DNA of 58,670 nt from Bacteroidales bacterium (GTDB taxonomy: Bacteria; Bacteroidota; Bacteroidia; Bacteroidales; CG2-30-32-10): contig JBEKEO010000001.1 of assembly GCA_050013795.1 (NCBI GenBank), positions 1 to 58,670 of the forward strand, written 5' to 3'. The notes under the pieces are model-generated. The model did no database searches and was not told where the DNA came from. It saw nothing but the letters and a program-made list of their open reading frames with translations. Positions 18,154 through 28,508 of the stretch are shown one piece after another; the first letter of the stretch is position 1; each line of letters opens with the position of its first letter. A program made the translations under genes and the position numbers.

Positions 18154-20007
18154 ATGACTGAAAAGAAAAATACTGTTGTCGAGATGGAAGATGCTGTGGT
18201 TCGGTTTGCAGGAGATTCTGGCGATGGGATGCAGCTTGTAGGTAATTTGTTCGCCGATGCAGCAGCATTATTCGGTAACGAGATTGCCACTTTTCCTGAT
18301 TATCCTGCCGAGATTCGCGCCCCGCACAACACTGTGGCTGGTGTTTCCGGATTTCAGACAAGGATAAGCTCAAAGAAGATTTTTTCTTCGGGCGACCTTG
18401 CAGATCTTCTGGTAGCAATGAACCCCGCTTCGCTTAAATCCAACCTGAAATGGGCTAAGAAAGGTGCATCGATAATTGTTGATACCGATACCTTTGATGA
18501 AAAAACAATTGAGAGAGCAGGCTACACTAAAAATCCGCTTGAAGACGGCAGTCTTAAAAGCTACAACCTTATTAAAGCGCCTATTACTACCCTGACATGG
18601 GAAACGGTAAAGGATTTTGGCATTGACCAAAAAACTGCTGGAAAAACAAGGAATGTGTTTGCTCTTGGAATTGCATATTTCCTGTTTAACCGCGATTTCA
18701 AAACTACTGATGATTTCTTCGAAAAGAAATTCAAAAAGAAACCGGCAATGATAGGTGTAAATAAAGCTATACTAAGGGCGGGATATAATTTTGGTGATAC
18801 GCTTGAAGTAATTCATTCTACCTTCAAAGTTCCCGCTTTTACAAAAGCGGAAAAAGGCAAATACCGGTATATTACAGGTAATGTTGCTACGGCATGGGGA
18901 TTGCTGGCTGCTTCAGAAAACTCGGGGCGACCTCTTTTCCTTGGCTCTTATCCTATTACTCCTGCAACTGAAATCCTTATGGAACTTGCTCTTCATAAAT
19001 CACTGGGGGCAAAAGTAATCCAGGCCGAAGATGAAATCGCAGGTATTTGTTCCGCTATAGGAGCCAGCTTTACAGGCTCCATGGCATGTACAACAACTTC
19101 GGGTCCCGGGTTTTCATTAAAGTCGGAAGCGATCGGACTTGCAGTGATGACAGAGTTACCTTTAATAATTGTAAATGTTCAGCGTGGCGGACCATCAACA
19201 GGTTTGCCGACCAAATCAGAGCAATCTGACCTGCTTCAGGCACTTTATGGCAGAAACGGTGAAGGCCCTGTTATTATTGTTGCTGCCTCAAGTCCTGCTG
19301 ATTGCTTTTATGCTGCTTATGAAGCGGCTAAATTATCGATGGAACATATGACGCCCGCTGTCTGTTTGACTGACGGCTACATTGGTCAGGGATCGGAAGT
19401 ATTCCAAATTCCGAAAGTAAAAGATCTTCCTGCAATCAACCCGCCTATGGCACAGGCAAACGACAAGGATTTTAAGCCATACAGGAGAGATGCGGAAACA
19501 CTGGTAAGGAAATGGGCCTTACCCGGAACTGAAGGATTGCGTCATAGAATTGGTGGACTGGAAAAATTGGATATTGAAGGAACTGTTTCTACCGATCCTT
19601 TAAACCACCAGAAAATGTGTGAATTTCGTGAAAAGAAAGTTGAAAAAGTAGCTGATTTTATCCCTGATCAGAAGCTGGTAGGCGATGAGAAAGGTGAAAT
19701 GCTTGTGGTTAGCTGGGGCGGAAGCTACGGCTCTGTTTATACAGCTGTTAAGGAAATGCAGGCAGAAGGGAAAAAAGTGAGCCTTGCACATTTCAGGAAT
19801 ATTTGCCCTTTGCCAAAGAATACAAAGCAGATATTAGCAAATTTCGATAAGATCATTGTTTGTGAATTGAACCTCGGGCAATTTGTGAAATACCTGAAAA
19901 TAAACTTCCCTGAATACAAATATCATCAATTTAATAAGGTTCAGGGATTACCATTTATGGTTAATGAACTTAAAGAGCAATTTTATAAATTATTAGAGGA
20001 GAAATAA
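18154..20007 (+). CDS. korA: 2-oxoglutarate/2-oxoacid:ferredoxin oxidoreductase, alpha subunit
   Basis: 617 aa. The N-terminal gamma-like domain (RFAGDSGDGMQ) is fused to a pyrimidine-binding domain, and a beta subunit follows after a 3-nt gap. Confidence 0.88.
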   Translation: MTEKKNTVVEMEDAVVRFAGDSGDGMQLVGNLFADAAALFGNEIATFPDYPAEIRAPHNTVAGVSGFQTRISSKKIFSSGDLADLLVAMNPASLKSNLKWAKKGASIIVDTDTFDEKTIERAGYTKNPLEDGSLKSYNLIKAPITTLTWETVKDFGIDQKTAGKTRNVFALGIAYFLFNRDFKTTDDFFEKKFKKKPAMIGVNKAILRAGYNFGDTLEVIHSTFKVPAFTKAEKGKYRYITGNVATAWGLLAASENSGRPLFLGSYPITPATEILMELALHKSLGAKVIQAEDEIAGICSAIGASFTGSMACTTTSGPGFSLKSEAIGLAVMTELPLIIVNVQRGGPSTGLPTKSEQSDLLQALYGRNGEGPVIIVAASSPADCFYAAYEAAKLSMEHMTPAVCLTDGYIGQGSEVFQIPKVKDLPAINPPMAQANDKDFKPYRRDAETLVRKWALPGTEGLRHRIGGLEKLDIEGTVSTDPLNHQKMCEFREKKVEKVADFIPDQKLVGDEKGEMLVVSWGGSYGSVYTAVKEMQAEGKKVSLAHFRNICPLPKNTKQILANFDKIIVCELNLGQFVKYLKINFPEYKYHQFNKVQGLPFMVNELKEQFYKLLEEK

Positions 20008-20010
20008 GCC

Positions 20011-21048
20011 ATGGAAGAAAATACAACAATTGAAAAATCAAGAGTGCCTCTGTCGAAAGAAGATTTTGTCAGCGACCAGATGGTTAAATGGTGTCCCGGA
20101 TGCGGCGATCATTCTATACTTTCCTCTGTAGCCGCAGTTTTCCCAAAGATCGGTTATAGAAAAGAAAACTTCCTGGTAATTTCCGGTATCGGCTGCTCAT
20201 CACGGTTTCCATATTATGTGAATACATACGGTTTCCATGGTATTCACGGAAGAGCCAATGCTATTGCTACAGGGGCTAAAGTAGCAAATCCCCACCTCAG
20301 TGTTTGGGTTGCTACAGGCGACGGCGATTCTATGGCCATAGGCGGGAACCATTTCATTCATATCATCCGCAGGAATGTTGATTTGAATATCATGCTTTTC
20401 AATAATAAGATATATGGTCTGACAAAGGGACAGTATTCTCCAACAACTGCAATGGGTACAATTACAAAAACTTCTCCTCAGGGAACAATCGAACATCCTT
20501 TCAATGCAGGGGAACTTGTTTTGGGTGCGCAGGGAACATTCTTTGCAAGAGCTGTGGATACCAACCCGAAACTAATGACGGAAATTATGTTCGAAGCTGC
20601 CAAACATGACGGTACTTCTGTAGTTGAAATATTGCAAAACTGCGTGATATATGCCGACGGCGCGTATGCAAGTATTACCGCCAAAGATGTAAGAGATGAT
20701 AGGCAGCTTATTCTGAAAAATGGCGAACCTATGATATTCGGGAAAAACAAAAATAAAGGTATTCATCTTCAGGGAACGCATCTTGAAGTCGTTGAAATAG
20801 GCAAGAATGGAATTACTGAAAACGATATTTTGGTTCATGACCAATACGATCAAGATCCGGGCATACACCTGATGCTGGCAAAAATGGCGCCACCGATGTA
20901 TCCCATAGCTCTTGGTGTTATTCGTTCAGCTATGTTCCCAACCTATGATGATATGGTGGAAGAGCAGATTACAAAAGCCAAAGCAACATCATCTATTAAA
21001 TGTGTTGACGACTTGCTGAACAGTGGCGATATATGGGAAATTAAATAA
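20011..21048 (+). CDS. korB: 2-oxoglutarate/2-oxoacid:ferredoxin oxidoreductase, beta subunit (TPP-binding)
   Basis: WCPGCGDH and the TPP motif GDGDSMAIGGNH...NNKIYGLTKGQ. Confidence 0.9.
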   Translation: MEENTTIEKSRVPLSKEDFVSDQMVKWCPGCGDHSILSSVAAVFPKIGYRKENFLVISGIGCSSRFPYYVNTYGFHGIHGRANAIATGAKVANPHLSVWVATGDGDSMAIGGNHFIHIIRRNVDLNIMLFNNKIYGLTKGQYSPTTAMGTITKTSPQGTIEHPFNAGELVLGAQGTFFARAVDTNPKLMTEIMFEAAKHDGTSVVEILQNCVIYADGAYASITAKDVRDDRQLILKNGEPMIFGKNKNKGIHLQGTHLEVVEIGKNGITENDILVHDQYDQDPGIHLMLAKMAPPMYPIALGVIRSAMFPTYDDMVEEQITKAKATSSIKCVDDLLNSGDIWEIK

Positions 21049-21067
21049 TATTTTGACCATGCTAAAT

Positions 21068-21098
21068 CAGCCTGTTCAAATTTTGAACAGGCTTTTTT
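21068..21098 (+). terminator. Rho-independent terminator after korB
   Basis: Hairpin agcctgttcaaa/tttgaacaggct followed by TTTTTT. Confidence 0.8.
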
Positions 21099-21128
21099 GT
21101 AATTTTACATTTTGTAATTTAAGTTCGG

Positions 21129-22469
21129 ATGAAAAACCAGCTTATCCAGTTTATTAAAGAAGAAAAATTGTTCGATAAGAACAGCAAGATACTTGTTGCT
21201 GTTAGCGGCGGCATGGATTCTGTTCTGCTTCTACATTTATTGAACGATGCAGGTTTCATGGTAGCTGTGGTTCATTGTAACTTTCAACTTAGGGGAAAAG
21301 AATCCGATGGCGATGAAACCTTCGTGAGCCAGCTTGTAAATAAATTGGATTTGCCATTTCATGTTAAACGGTTCAACACTGCTGATTACGCTGAAGAGAA
21401 AAAGATATCCATCCAAATGGCTGCACGGGAACTGAGATATGCCTGGTTTGAAGAAGTAAGGATTAAAAATAGTTATGATTTTATTGCAGTAGCTCATCAC
21501 AGGGATGATGAGGTTGAAACATTTTTCATCAATCTTATCCGCGGCAGTGGCATAGCAGGATTGCATGGCATAAAGCCTAAGACAGGGAATATAGTCCGTC
21601 CGTTGATGTTCGCCGACAGGGGGGAAATAGAAGCTTACGTTAAAAAGAATAAAATAAAATTCCGTGAAGACAGCAGCAATACTTCGTTGAAATATATGCG
21701 GAATAAGATTCGCCATCAATTACTTCCTCTAATGAAAGAGTTGAACCCTGATATTGAAAAGACAGTTAAAGGAGAGATTGAACGATTAAAGCAAATTGAA
21801 AGTGTGTTCCTGGAAATGGTTGAGGTAAAAAGAAAAGAAATAACAGGACGGGAGGGAAGTCTTGTTAAATTTGATATTAATAAAATACTATCTCTTTCGC
21901 AGAAAGAATTATTTATTTATGAATTGCTTAAACCTTATGGTTTTTCAGGCAACATTATTGCAACTATTTGCAAAAGTCTTAAAGGTGAAGCCGGAAAACA
22001 ATTCTTTTCTTCAACGCACAGACTAGTTAAAGATAGGTCGCAATTGATTGTTTCACCAAATGTGGAAATTGAATCGGTACAAGATTTTATCATTACGGAA
22101 GGTTATAAAGAGTTAAAAGAACCCATTCACCTTAAGTTTAAAACCATTAGCATTACAAAGGATTTTGATGTGAAGATTAAAGATAGATCTATCGCTATGT
22201 TTGATGCCGGTAAGTTGAAATTTCCTCTTACAATTCGTAAATGGGAGAAAGGCGATTTCTTTTATCCTTTTGGTATGCGCGGCAAAAAGAAACTCAGTGA
22301 TTTCTTTACAGACAGCAAATTTTCGCTGATTGATAAAGAAAATATCTGGCTGCTTTGCAATGGTGATGACATTATGTGGGTTATAGGTTGCCGAACAGAC
22401 AATATGTATAGGATTACTTCGTCCACCAAAAAAGTTTTTGTTGCTGAAATTATTGAAAATAATACATAA
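21129..22469 (+). CDS. tilS: tRNA(Ile)-lysidine synthase
   Basis: PP-loop VAVSGGMDSVLL, with N-type ATP pyrophosphatase layout and a TilS C-terminal domain. Confidence 0.9.
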   Translation: MKNQLIQFIKEEKLFDKNSKILVAVSGGMDSVLLLHLLNDAGFMVAVVHCNFQLRGKESDGDETFVSQLVNKLDLPFHVKRFNTADYAEEKKISIQMAARELRYAWFEEVRIKNSYDFIAVAHHRDDEVETFFINLIRGSGIAGLHGIKPKTGNIVRPLMFADRGEIEAYVKKNKIKFREDSSNTSLKYMRNKIRHQLLPLMKELNPDIEKTVKGEIERLKQIESVFLEMVEVKRKEITGREGSLVKFDINKILSLSQKELFIYELLKPYGFSGNIIATICKSLKGEAGKQFFSSTHRLVKDRSQLIVSPNVEIESVQDFIITEGYKELKEPIHLKFKTISITKDFDVKIKDRSIAMFDAGKLKFPLTIRKWEKGDFFYPFGMRGKKKLSDFFTDSKFSLIDKENIWLLCNGDDIMWVIGCRTDNMYRITSSTKKVFVAEIIENNT

Positions 22470-22474
22470 CTTTG
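22467..22474 (+). promoter_or_regulatory. -7 promoter box TAACTTTG
   Basis: Exact TAnnTTTG match overlapping the tilS stop codon, 44 nt upstream of the dsbD ATG. Confidence 0.4.
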
Positions 22475-22517
22475 CATGTGTATTAATGATTAAGTTAGTT
22501 AATCTAAATCGTTTTTC

Positions 22518-24608
22518 ATGAAGACTAAACAAATATTAATTTTCCTGTTGTTGTTTATTGGTAACCTTGGTTTCTCGCAGGTATTGAAACCGGTTAAATG
22601 GACTTTCAGCAGTTCGAAAGTGAACGACTCTACCGCCAACCTTTACATGAAAGCCACTATCGACAAGAGCTGGCATATCTATTCACAATTCATTTCAGGC
22701 GATGGCCCCATTCCAACTACCTTCACTTTTGACAAAAGCAGCAACTATTTATTTGTAGGGAAAGTATACGAACCTAAAGCTATAGAGGAATACGATCCTA
22801 ATTTCCAAATGAAACTAAAATATTTTGAGAACACAGTAACATTTATTCAACAAATTAGGATAGTTTCAACAAAAGCGTTTAAAGTCAAAGGCACTCTTAA
22901 TTTTATGACATGTAATAATAAGGCTTGCCTGCCCCCTGATGACGTTCCTTTTACCTTCGATATCGGTGGTTGTACTAAAGCTGTTGGCACACCTGTTAAA
23001 GATACATTGAAGAAATCGGAAGGTGACACTGTTTCTCCCATGTCCAAGAAAGATTCTTCTTCTTTAGCTCCAACATCTGTGCCCTTAAACAATGCCGGAG
23101 ACAATCATTCGCTATGGTGGGTGTTTTTTATTTCACTCTTACCTGGGTTCATTGCTATTTTTACACCTTGTGTGTTTCCCATGGTGCCGATGACGGTTTC
23201 TTTTTTTTTAAAAGGAAGCGAGAACCGCAGAAGGTCATTGTTCCAGGCAATTTTTTATGGTGTTTCCATCATTTTAATATCCACTGTTCCTATTGCTCTC
23301 CTTATTGGCATATCATACATGTTCGGGAAAGGCGCTGTGACAGCAGATGTATTCAACTGGGTATCCACGCACTGGATACCCAACATTTTATTCTTCCTCA
23401 TCTTCTTTTTATTCGCGGCTTCGTTCTTCGGGATGTTTGAGATAGTCCTTCCCAGCAAACTGACGAATAAAATGGATGCGAAAGTTGACAAAGGCGGTTT
23501 CCTTGGACCATTCTTCATGGCATTTGTACTTGTTCTGGTTTCCTTTTCCTGCACCGGACCTATAGTTGGCGCTGTAGTAGTTGAATCGTTGGCAAGAGAC
23601 AATATATGGCACCCTATTGTGGCTATGCTTGGCTTTTCGGTGGCCTTCGCTTTACCATTCGCCATTTTCGCTTATTTCCCTTCATGGTTGAGCAATTTGC
23701 CTAAGTCGGGAGGATGGCTCAATTCAGTCAAGGTTTCGCTTGGCTTTATTGAACTTGCACTTGGTTTGAAGTTCCTTAGTGTTGCCGACCAGACATACCA
23801 CTGGCGCATCCTTGACCGCGAAGTGTACCTGGCTTTATGGATAGTGATATTTTTTTTAATGGGTGTTTACTTACTTGGAAAACTTAAATTCCCGCACGAT
23901 AGCGATATGCCTTTTCTTAAGTTTCCTCGGCTTATAATTGCCATTATTGTGTTTTCATTTGTCATGTATATGATACCCGGCATGTTTGGCGCTCCCCTGA
24001 AAATGCTTTCAGGTTGGCTGCCACCGCAAACCACGCAGGACTTTGATATTAACGCTATTGTAAGACAACAGGTAGAGAACCGCAGCAGTGGAAATGCAGC
24101 CAATGATGAGCTTTGCGGCAAGCCGATGTTTTCTGATTTCCTTACACTTCCTCACGGATTAAAAGGCTATTTCGATTATGAACAGGGTATAGAATGTGCA
24201 AAACAAAAGAATAAACCAGTATTTCTTGATTTTACAGGTCATGGTTGTGTGAATTGCCGCAAGATGGAAGAAAATGTTTGGTCCGATCCCAGAGTGCTGA
24301 AGCTACTAAAAGAGAAATTCGTTATCATCACGCTTTATGTTGACGATAAAAAGGAGTTGCCCGAATCGGAATGGATAACTTCGAAGTACGACGGTCAGTT
24401 AAAGAAGAGCATAGGGAAGAAATATGCCGATTTTGAAATATCTCACTTCAATATTAATGCCCAGCCTTACAATGTGCTGCTTGATGACAAAGGTGATACC
24501 CTTTGCAAACCTATAGGCTATAACAGCGATGTGGATAATTTTGTATACTTTCTTGAAAAAGGCTTAAAAGAATTTGATAAAAGGCAAATATCTGAAAAGG
24601 TGAATTAA
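22518..24608 (+). CDS. dsbD: Thiol:disulfide interchange protein DsbD-like (CcdA-type membrane core plus C-terminal thioredoxin)
   Basis: N-terminal DsbD-alpha-like domain. Transmembrane Cys motifs FTPCVFPMVP and SFSCTGPIVG. C-terminal thioredoxin motif FTGHGCVNCRKME. Confidence 0.85.
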   Translation: MKTKQILIFLLLFIGNLGFSQVLKPVKWTFSSSKVNDSTANLYMKATIDKSWHIYSQFISGDGPIPTTFTFDKSSNYLFVGKVYEPKAIEEYDPNFQMKLKYFENTVTFIQQIRIVSTKAFKVKGTLNFMTCNNKACLPPDDVPFTFDIGGCTKAVGTPVKDTLKKSEGDTVSPMSKKDSSSLAPTSVPLNNAGDNHSLWWVFFISLLPGFIAIFTPCVFPMVPMTVSFFLKGSENRRRSLFQAIFYGVSIILISTVPIALLIGISYMFGKGAVTADVFNWVSTHWIPNILFFLIFFLFAASFFGMFEIVLPSKLTNKMDAKVDKGGFLGPFFMAFVLVLVSFSCTGPIVGAVVVESLARDNIWHPIVAMLGFSVAFALPFAIFAYFPSWLSNLPKSGGWLNSVKVSLGFIELALGLKFLSVADQTYHWRILDREVYLALWIVIFFLMGVYLLGKLKFPHDSDMPFLKFPRLIIAIIVFSFVMYMIPGMFGAPLKMLSGWLPPQTTQDFDINAIVRQQVENRSSGNAANDELCGKPMFSDFLTLPHGLKGYFDYEQGIECAKQKNKPVFLDFTGHGCVNCRKMEENVWSDPRVLKLLKEKFVIITLYVDDKKELPESEWITSKYDGQLKKSIGKKYADFEISHFNINAQPYNVLLDDKGDTLCKPIGYNSDVDNFVYFLEKGLKEFDKRQISEKVN

Positions 24609-24756
24609 TTCTGTTACCTTCCCTTAATTAATAATTCCCTTGTTTCCTGTTTTTGTTCGATATTCTATTGTTGGTCATATGATAAGGGCTGTTTGATTTT
24701 TTTAACATCATGGATTTCAATTTTTGTATTTTTACATTTTAATTTGTTAAACATTG

Positions 24757-27700
24757 ATGCATAGCAACCCGTTTTCAACTCGGTTAACCATCAGCCTGAT
24801 TGTGCTTTTTCTGATTTTATTTACTTCTTGCAAACACAAGCAATGTGATGAGAAAAAACAGCAGGTAAAATCCGATAAAACAACGGCAAATCCCAAATCT
24901 CAAATCCTGCCTCCTGTAACTGTTCTTCTCGACACATGTCCAATGCCCAACATCATATCGGTTCCAAAAGTAAATGGCGGTTCTTACATCAAACCCTCTC
25001 AAAACAGAGTTAAACAAACAGAGCTCAAACCGCCAATAACAACTTCTCTTCCCATTGTAACCAGAACATTAGACGGGGCCGAAATGCCAGATCAATCTGC
25101 GGCCGGACTTGGTTTTTTTACTACTTACACAACTGAAAATGGCCTTGCTCTCGATGCTGTTTATTGCTCTTATATGGATCATTTTGGAAACCTGTGGTTT
25201 GGTACTGCGGGAGGTGGTGTGAGCCGTTTTGACGGAAAATCTTTCACCAATTTTACCACATCACAGGGATTGGCCAATAATATTGTATTAAGTATCACCG
25301 AAGATAAAATGGGAAATCTGTGGTTTGGTACTAAAGGAGGCGGTGTAAGTTGTTATAATGGGAAATCCTTTACGAATTATACCACTCTGCAGGGGCTGGC
25401 TAATAATTTAGTTTCAAGTATTAAGGAAGATAAAGCGGGGAACATTTGGTTTGGTACATATGGAGGCGGAGCAAGTCGCTATGATGGAAAATCCTTTACA
25501 AATTATGATACTTCACAGGGGATGGCTAATAATGAAGTGTTAAGTATCACTGAAGATAGAACGGGAAACCTATGGTTTGGTACTGCCGGAGGCGGAATTA
25601 GCCGCTATAACGGGAAATCCTTTATGAATTTTACAACTTTACAAGGACTGGCTAATAATATAGTTAGGAGTATCATTGAAGATAAAATGGGAAATCTGTG
25701 GTTTGGCACTAACGGAGGCGGCGTGAGTTGCTATGATGGAAAATCCTTTAAGAATTATACTGTTTCTCAAGGGATAGCTAATAATGAAGTGTTAAGTATA
25801 GCCGAAGATAAAACGGGAAACCTGTGGTTTGGCACTAATGGAAGCGGTGTAAGCTGCTATAATGGGAAATCTTTTACGAATTATTCCACTTTGCAGGGGT
25901 TGGCTAATAATGTGGTGAGGAGCATTACAAATGATAAAATGGGAAATTTATGGTTAGGTACCGAAGGAGGTGGCATAAATCGATATGATGGGAAATCCTT
26001 TACGAATTATACTGTATCACAGGGATTGTCTAATATAGTAATATTAAGCGTTGCAGAAGATAGAGCGGGAAACCTCTGGCTTGGTTCTGATGGAGGTGGT
26101 GTCAGTTGTTTTAATGGGAAATCCTTTATAAATTTTACTACATCACAGGGGCTGGCTAGTAATTCTGTTTGGAGCATTATGGAAGACAGAACAGGAAATC
26201 TTTGGTTTGGTACTGATGGAGGTGGTTTAAGTTGCTATGACGGGAAATCTTTTACGAATTTTACTACATTACAGGGGCTTGCTAATAATAGAGTTCTATG
26301 CATCACTAAAGATAAAATTGGCAACCTTTGGTTCGGCACCTATGGAGGTGGCGTAAGTCGCTTTAACGGAAAATCTTTTACGAATTTTACCACATTGCAG
26401 GGGCTGGCTAATAACGAAGTACTATGTGTCTGTGAAGACAAAACAGGAAAAATGTGGTTTGGTACGGCAGGAAGCGGTGTAAGTTGCTTTGACGGGGAAT
26501 CCTTTACAAACTTTACCACATCTCAGGGGCTTACCAATAATTTAGTGGTAAGCATCATGGAAGATAAAACAGGGAACCTTTGGTTTGGTACCGATGGAGG
26601 AATAACAGTTTTACTTCATAAGTATGTACAACAATGGCAGAAATACTTTATGTCTTCATACTCTTTAAAAGAACAGGATACAAAATCAAATAACTTAAAA
26701 AAATCACAGGATGATTCTCTTTTGCCTGATATATTTTTTAATATTACTTCTAAAAACGGGTTGCCTGATAATTTTGTAACTCAAATTGCTCAAACTAAAG
26801 AAGGTACGATTTATGCAGGCACTAACTTTGGAATTTGTGAACTTATACCCACTCCTGATGGAAAATACAAAGTCGGATCTGTATATAATTCCGCGACCGG
26901 TTATCCTGTAAAAGACGTGAATGAGGGTCAAAACACAATGTTTATTGATAGTAAAGGAGTGTTCTGGATAGCCACAGGCTCAGATAAGACTGGCCTTGTT
27001 CGTTTCGATTACAAAGCCATTCACAAAAACAGCACCCCACCAACAGTAGTCATTCAAAGCATCAGGGTAAACGAAGAAAATATTTGCTGGTATGATATGA
27101 AACTTAACAGCAAAGAAGACAAAGCAACAGGAAAACCGGCAACAGTGAATGTCGGATCAAGTGACAGCATTATACTTTCACAGCAGGAAATAATGACTTT
27201 CGGAATGGCTCTTTCGCAGGAAATAAGGGACAGCATAAGGAAGAAATTTGCAGGCATCCGTTTCGACAGCATCACTTCGTTTTATCCTTTACCCATAAAC
27301 CTTGTATTGCCTTATGAACACAACAATATTACCTTTGAGTTTAACGCTATAGAACCCGGTCGGCATTTTTCGGTGCGTTATCAATATATACTAGAAGGAT
27401 ACAACAAAGAGTGGAGTCCTGTAACAGAAAAAACCAGCGCAACATTCGGCAATATATATGACGGCACATATACCTTCAAACTCAAAGCATGCAATCCTGA
27501 CGGAATCTGGAGTAACCCAATTACTTACACATTTAAAGTATTACCGCCATGGTATCGTACCTGGTGGATGTATAGTATTTATATTATTGTCATCATTAGT
27601 GTACTTTTCCTTGTGTATCGTTGGCGTGTAGCATCGCTGCGCCGCAGGCAAAAAGAATTGGTTCAGGAAGTCCGGAAGGTTACTGCTGAAATACGGAAAC

Positions 27701-28392
27701 AAAATGAAGAGATCATATTACAGCGGGATGAAATTGATTTACAAAAAAAGAAATCCGATGAATTGCTTCTGAATATATTGCCTTCCGAAACGGCTGAAGA
27801 ATTAAAAAAGTATGGTCGCAGCAATGCAAAACCGTATGATGTAGTATCTGTATTATTCACCGATTTTGAAGGGTTTTCCAAGATTGCCGAAAAGTTTTCA
27901 GCGGAAAAGTTGGTAACAGAACTAAGCATTTGTTTCGAAGCATTTGATAAACTAATGGAGAAATATAATGTTGAAAAAATTAAAACTATAGGCGATTCAT
28001 ACATGTGCGCAGGGGGTATTCCTGTTCCCAATACCACTAACCCCGTAGATGTGGTTAAGTGCGGGCTTGAGATACAGCAGTTCATGGAAACATACAAAGA
28101 AGAAAGAATAAAAAAGAATGAACCCTACTTCGAACTTCGCATTGGTATTCATACAGGCCCTATAGTTGCCGGTATTGTGGGCCTGAAGAAATTCTCTTAC
28201 GACATCTGGGGCGATACAGTGAATATTGCATCACGCATGGAATCGTCGGGAGAAGTTGGAAAAGTGAATATCTCGGGTACCACTTATGAACTTGTAAAAG
28301 ATATTTTCGTTTGTACATATCGTGGAAAAGTTCAGGCAAAAAATAAAGGTGAAATTGATATGTATTTTGTGGAAAAGATTATTACGAAATAA
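24757..28392 (+). CDS. Membrane sensor with two-component-regulator-propeller repeats, a Y_Y_Y domain, a TM helix and a class III adenylate cyclase domain
   Basis: ATG at 24757. Eleven GNLWFGT..GGGVS.Y.GKSFTNFT repeats are followed by Y_Y_Y (YQYILEGYNKEW...GTYTFKLKA) and a TM helix (WWMYSIYIIVIISVLFLVYRW). The cyclase motifs are VLFTDFEGFS, KTIGDSYM, GIHTGP and YDIWGDTVNIASRMES. Confidence 0.88.
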   Translation: MHSNPFSTRLTISLIVLFLILFTSCKHKQCDEKKQQVKSDKTTANPKSQILPPVTVLLDTCPMPNIISVPKVNGGSYIKPSQNRVKQTELKPPITTSLPIVTRTLDGAEMPDQSAAGLGFFTTYTTENGLALDAVYCSYMDHFGNLWFGTAGGGVSRFDGKSFTNFTTSQGLANNIVLSITEDKMGNLWFGTKGGGVSCYNGKSFTNYTTLQGLANNLVSSIKEDKAGNIWFGTYGGGASRYDGKSFTNYDTSQGMANNEVLSITEDRTGNLWFGTAGGGISRYNGKSFMNFTTLQGLANNIVRSIIEDKMGNLWFGTNGGGVSCYDGKSFKNYTVSQGIANNEVLSIAEDKTGNLWFGTNGSGVSCYNGKSFTNYSTLQGLANNVVRSITNDKMGNLWLGTEGGGINRYDGKSFTNYTVSQGLSNIVILSVAEDRAGNLWLGSDGGGVSCFNGKSFINFTTSQGLASNSVWSIMEDRTGNLWFGTDGGGLSCYDGKSFTNFTTLQGLANNRVLCITKDKIGNLWFGTYGGGVSRFNGKSFTNFTTLQGLANNEVLCVCEDKTGKMWFGTAGSGVSCFDGESFTNFTTSQGLTNNLVVSIMEDKTGNLWFGTDGGITVLLHKYVQQWQKYFMSSYSLKEQDTKSNNLKKSQDDSLLPDIFFNITSKNGLPDNFVTQIAQTKEGTIYAGTNFGICELIPTPDGKYKVGSVYNSATGYPVKDVNEGQNTMFIDSKGVFWIATGSDKTGLVRFDYKAIHKNSTPPTVVIQSIRVNEENICWYDMKLNSKEDKATGKPATVNVGSSDSIILSQQEIMTFGMALSQEIRDSIRKKFAGIRFDSITSFYPLPINLVLPYEHNNITFEFNAIEPGRHFSVRYQYILEGYNKEWSPVTEKTSATFGNIYDGTYTFKLKACNPDGIWSNPITYTFKVLPPWYRTWWMYSIYIIVIISVLFLVYRWRVASLRRRQKELVQEVRKVTAEIRKQNEEIILQRDEIDLQKKKSDELLLNILPSETAEELKKYGRSNAKPYDVVSVLFTDFEGFSKIAEKFSAEKLVTELSICFEAFDKLMEKYNVEKIKTIGDSYMCAGGIPVPNTTNPVDVVKCGLEIQQFMETYKEERIKKNEPYFELRIGIHTGPIVAGIVGLKKFSYDIWGDTVNIASRMESSGEVGKVNISGTTYELVKDIFVCTYRGKVQAKNKGEIDMYFVEKIITK
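25180..26600 (+). repeat. Intragenic tandem repeat, 11 x 126 bp (42-aa propeller blades)
   Basis: The TGG of the LWFG motif recurs at 25195 and 25321, a 126-bp spacing. The repeats are highly similar at the protein level. Confidence 0.9.
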
Positions 28393-28428
28393 TAGTAAAC
28401 AGATACATTAAACAAATTGAATAAATGT

Positions 28429-28436
28429 TATTTTTG
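28429..28436 (+). promoter_or_regulatory. -7 promoter box TATTTTTG
   Basis: Exact TAnnTTTG match. It lies inside the ORF-track 5' extension, which supports the ATG at 28509 as the real start. Confidence 0.4.
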
Positions 28437-28508
28437 TGCCTGTTTGAACATAACAAATTTAGGAAAGGCGGAGCAGAGAATAAATTGACAATCAAGAATG
28501 CAATTAAC

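Noticed and set aside
18032-18418. A 128-aa ORF antisense to, and overlapping, the korA start region.
   Set aside because: It runs antisense across the kor promoter and the 5' coding region. Its composition is unlike the neighbouring genes, and korA is strongly supported.
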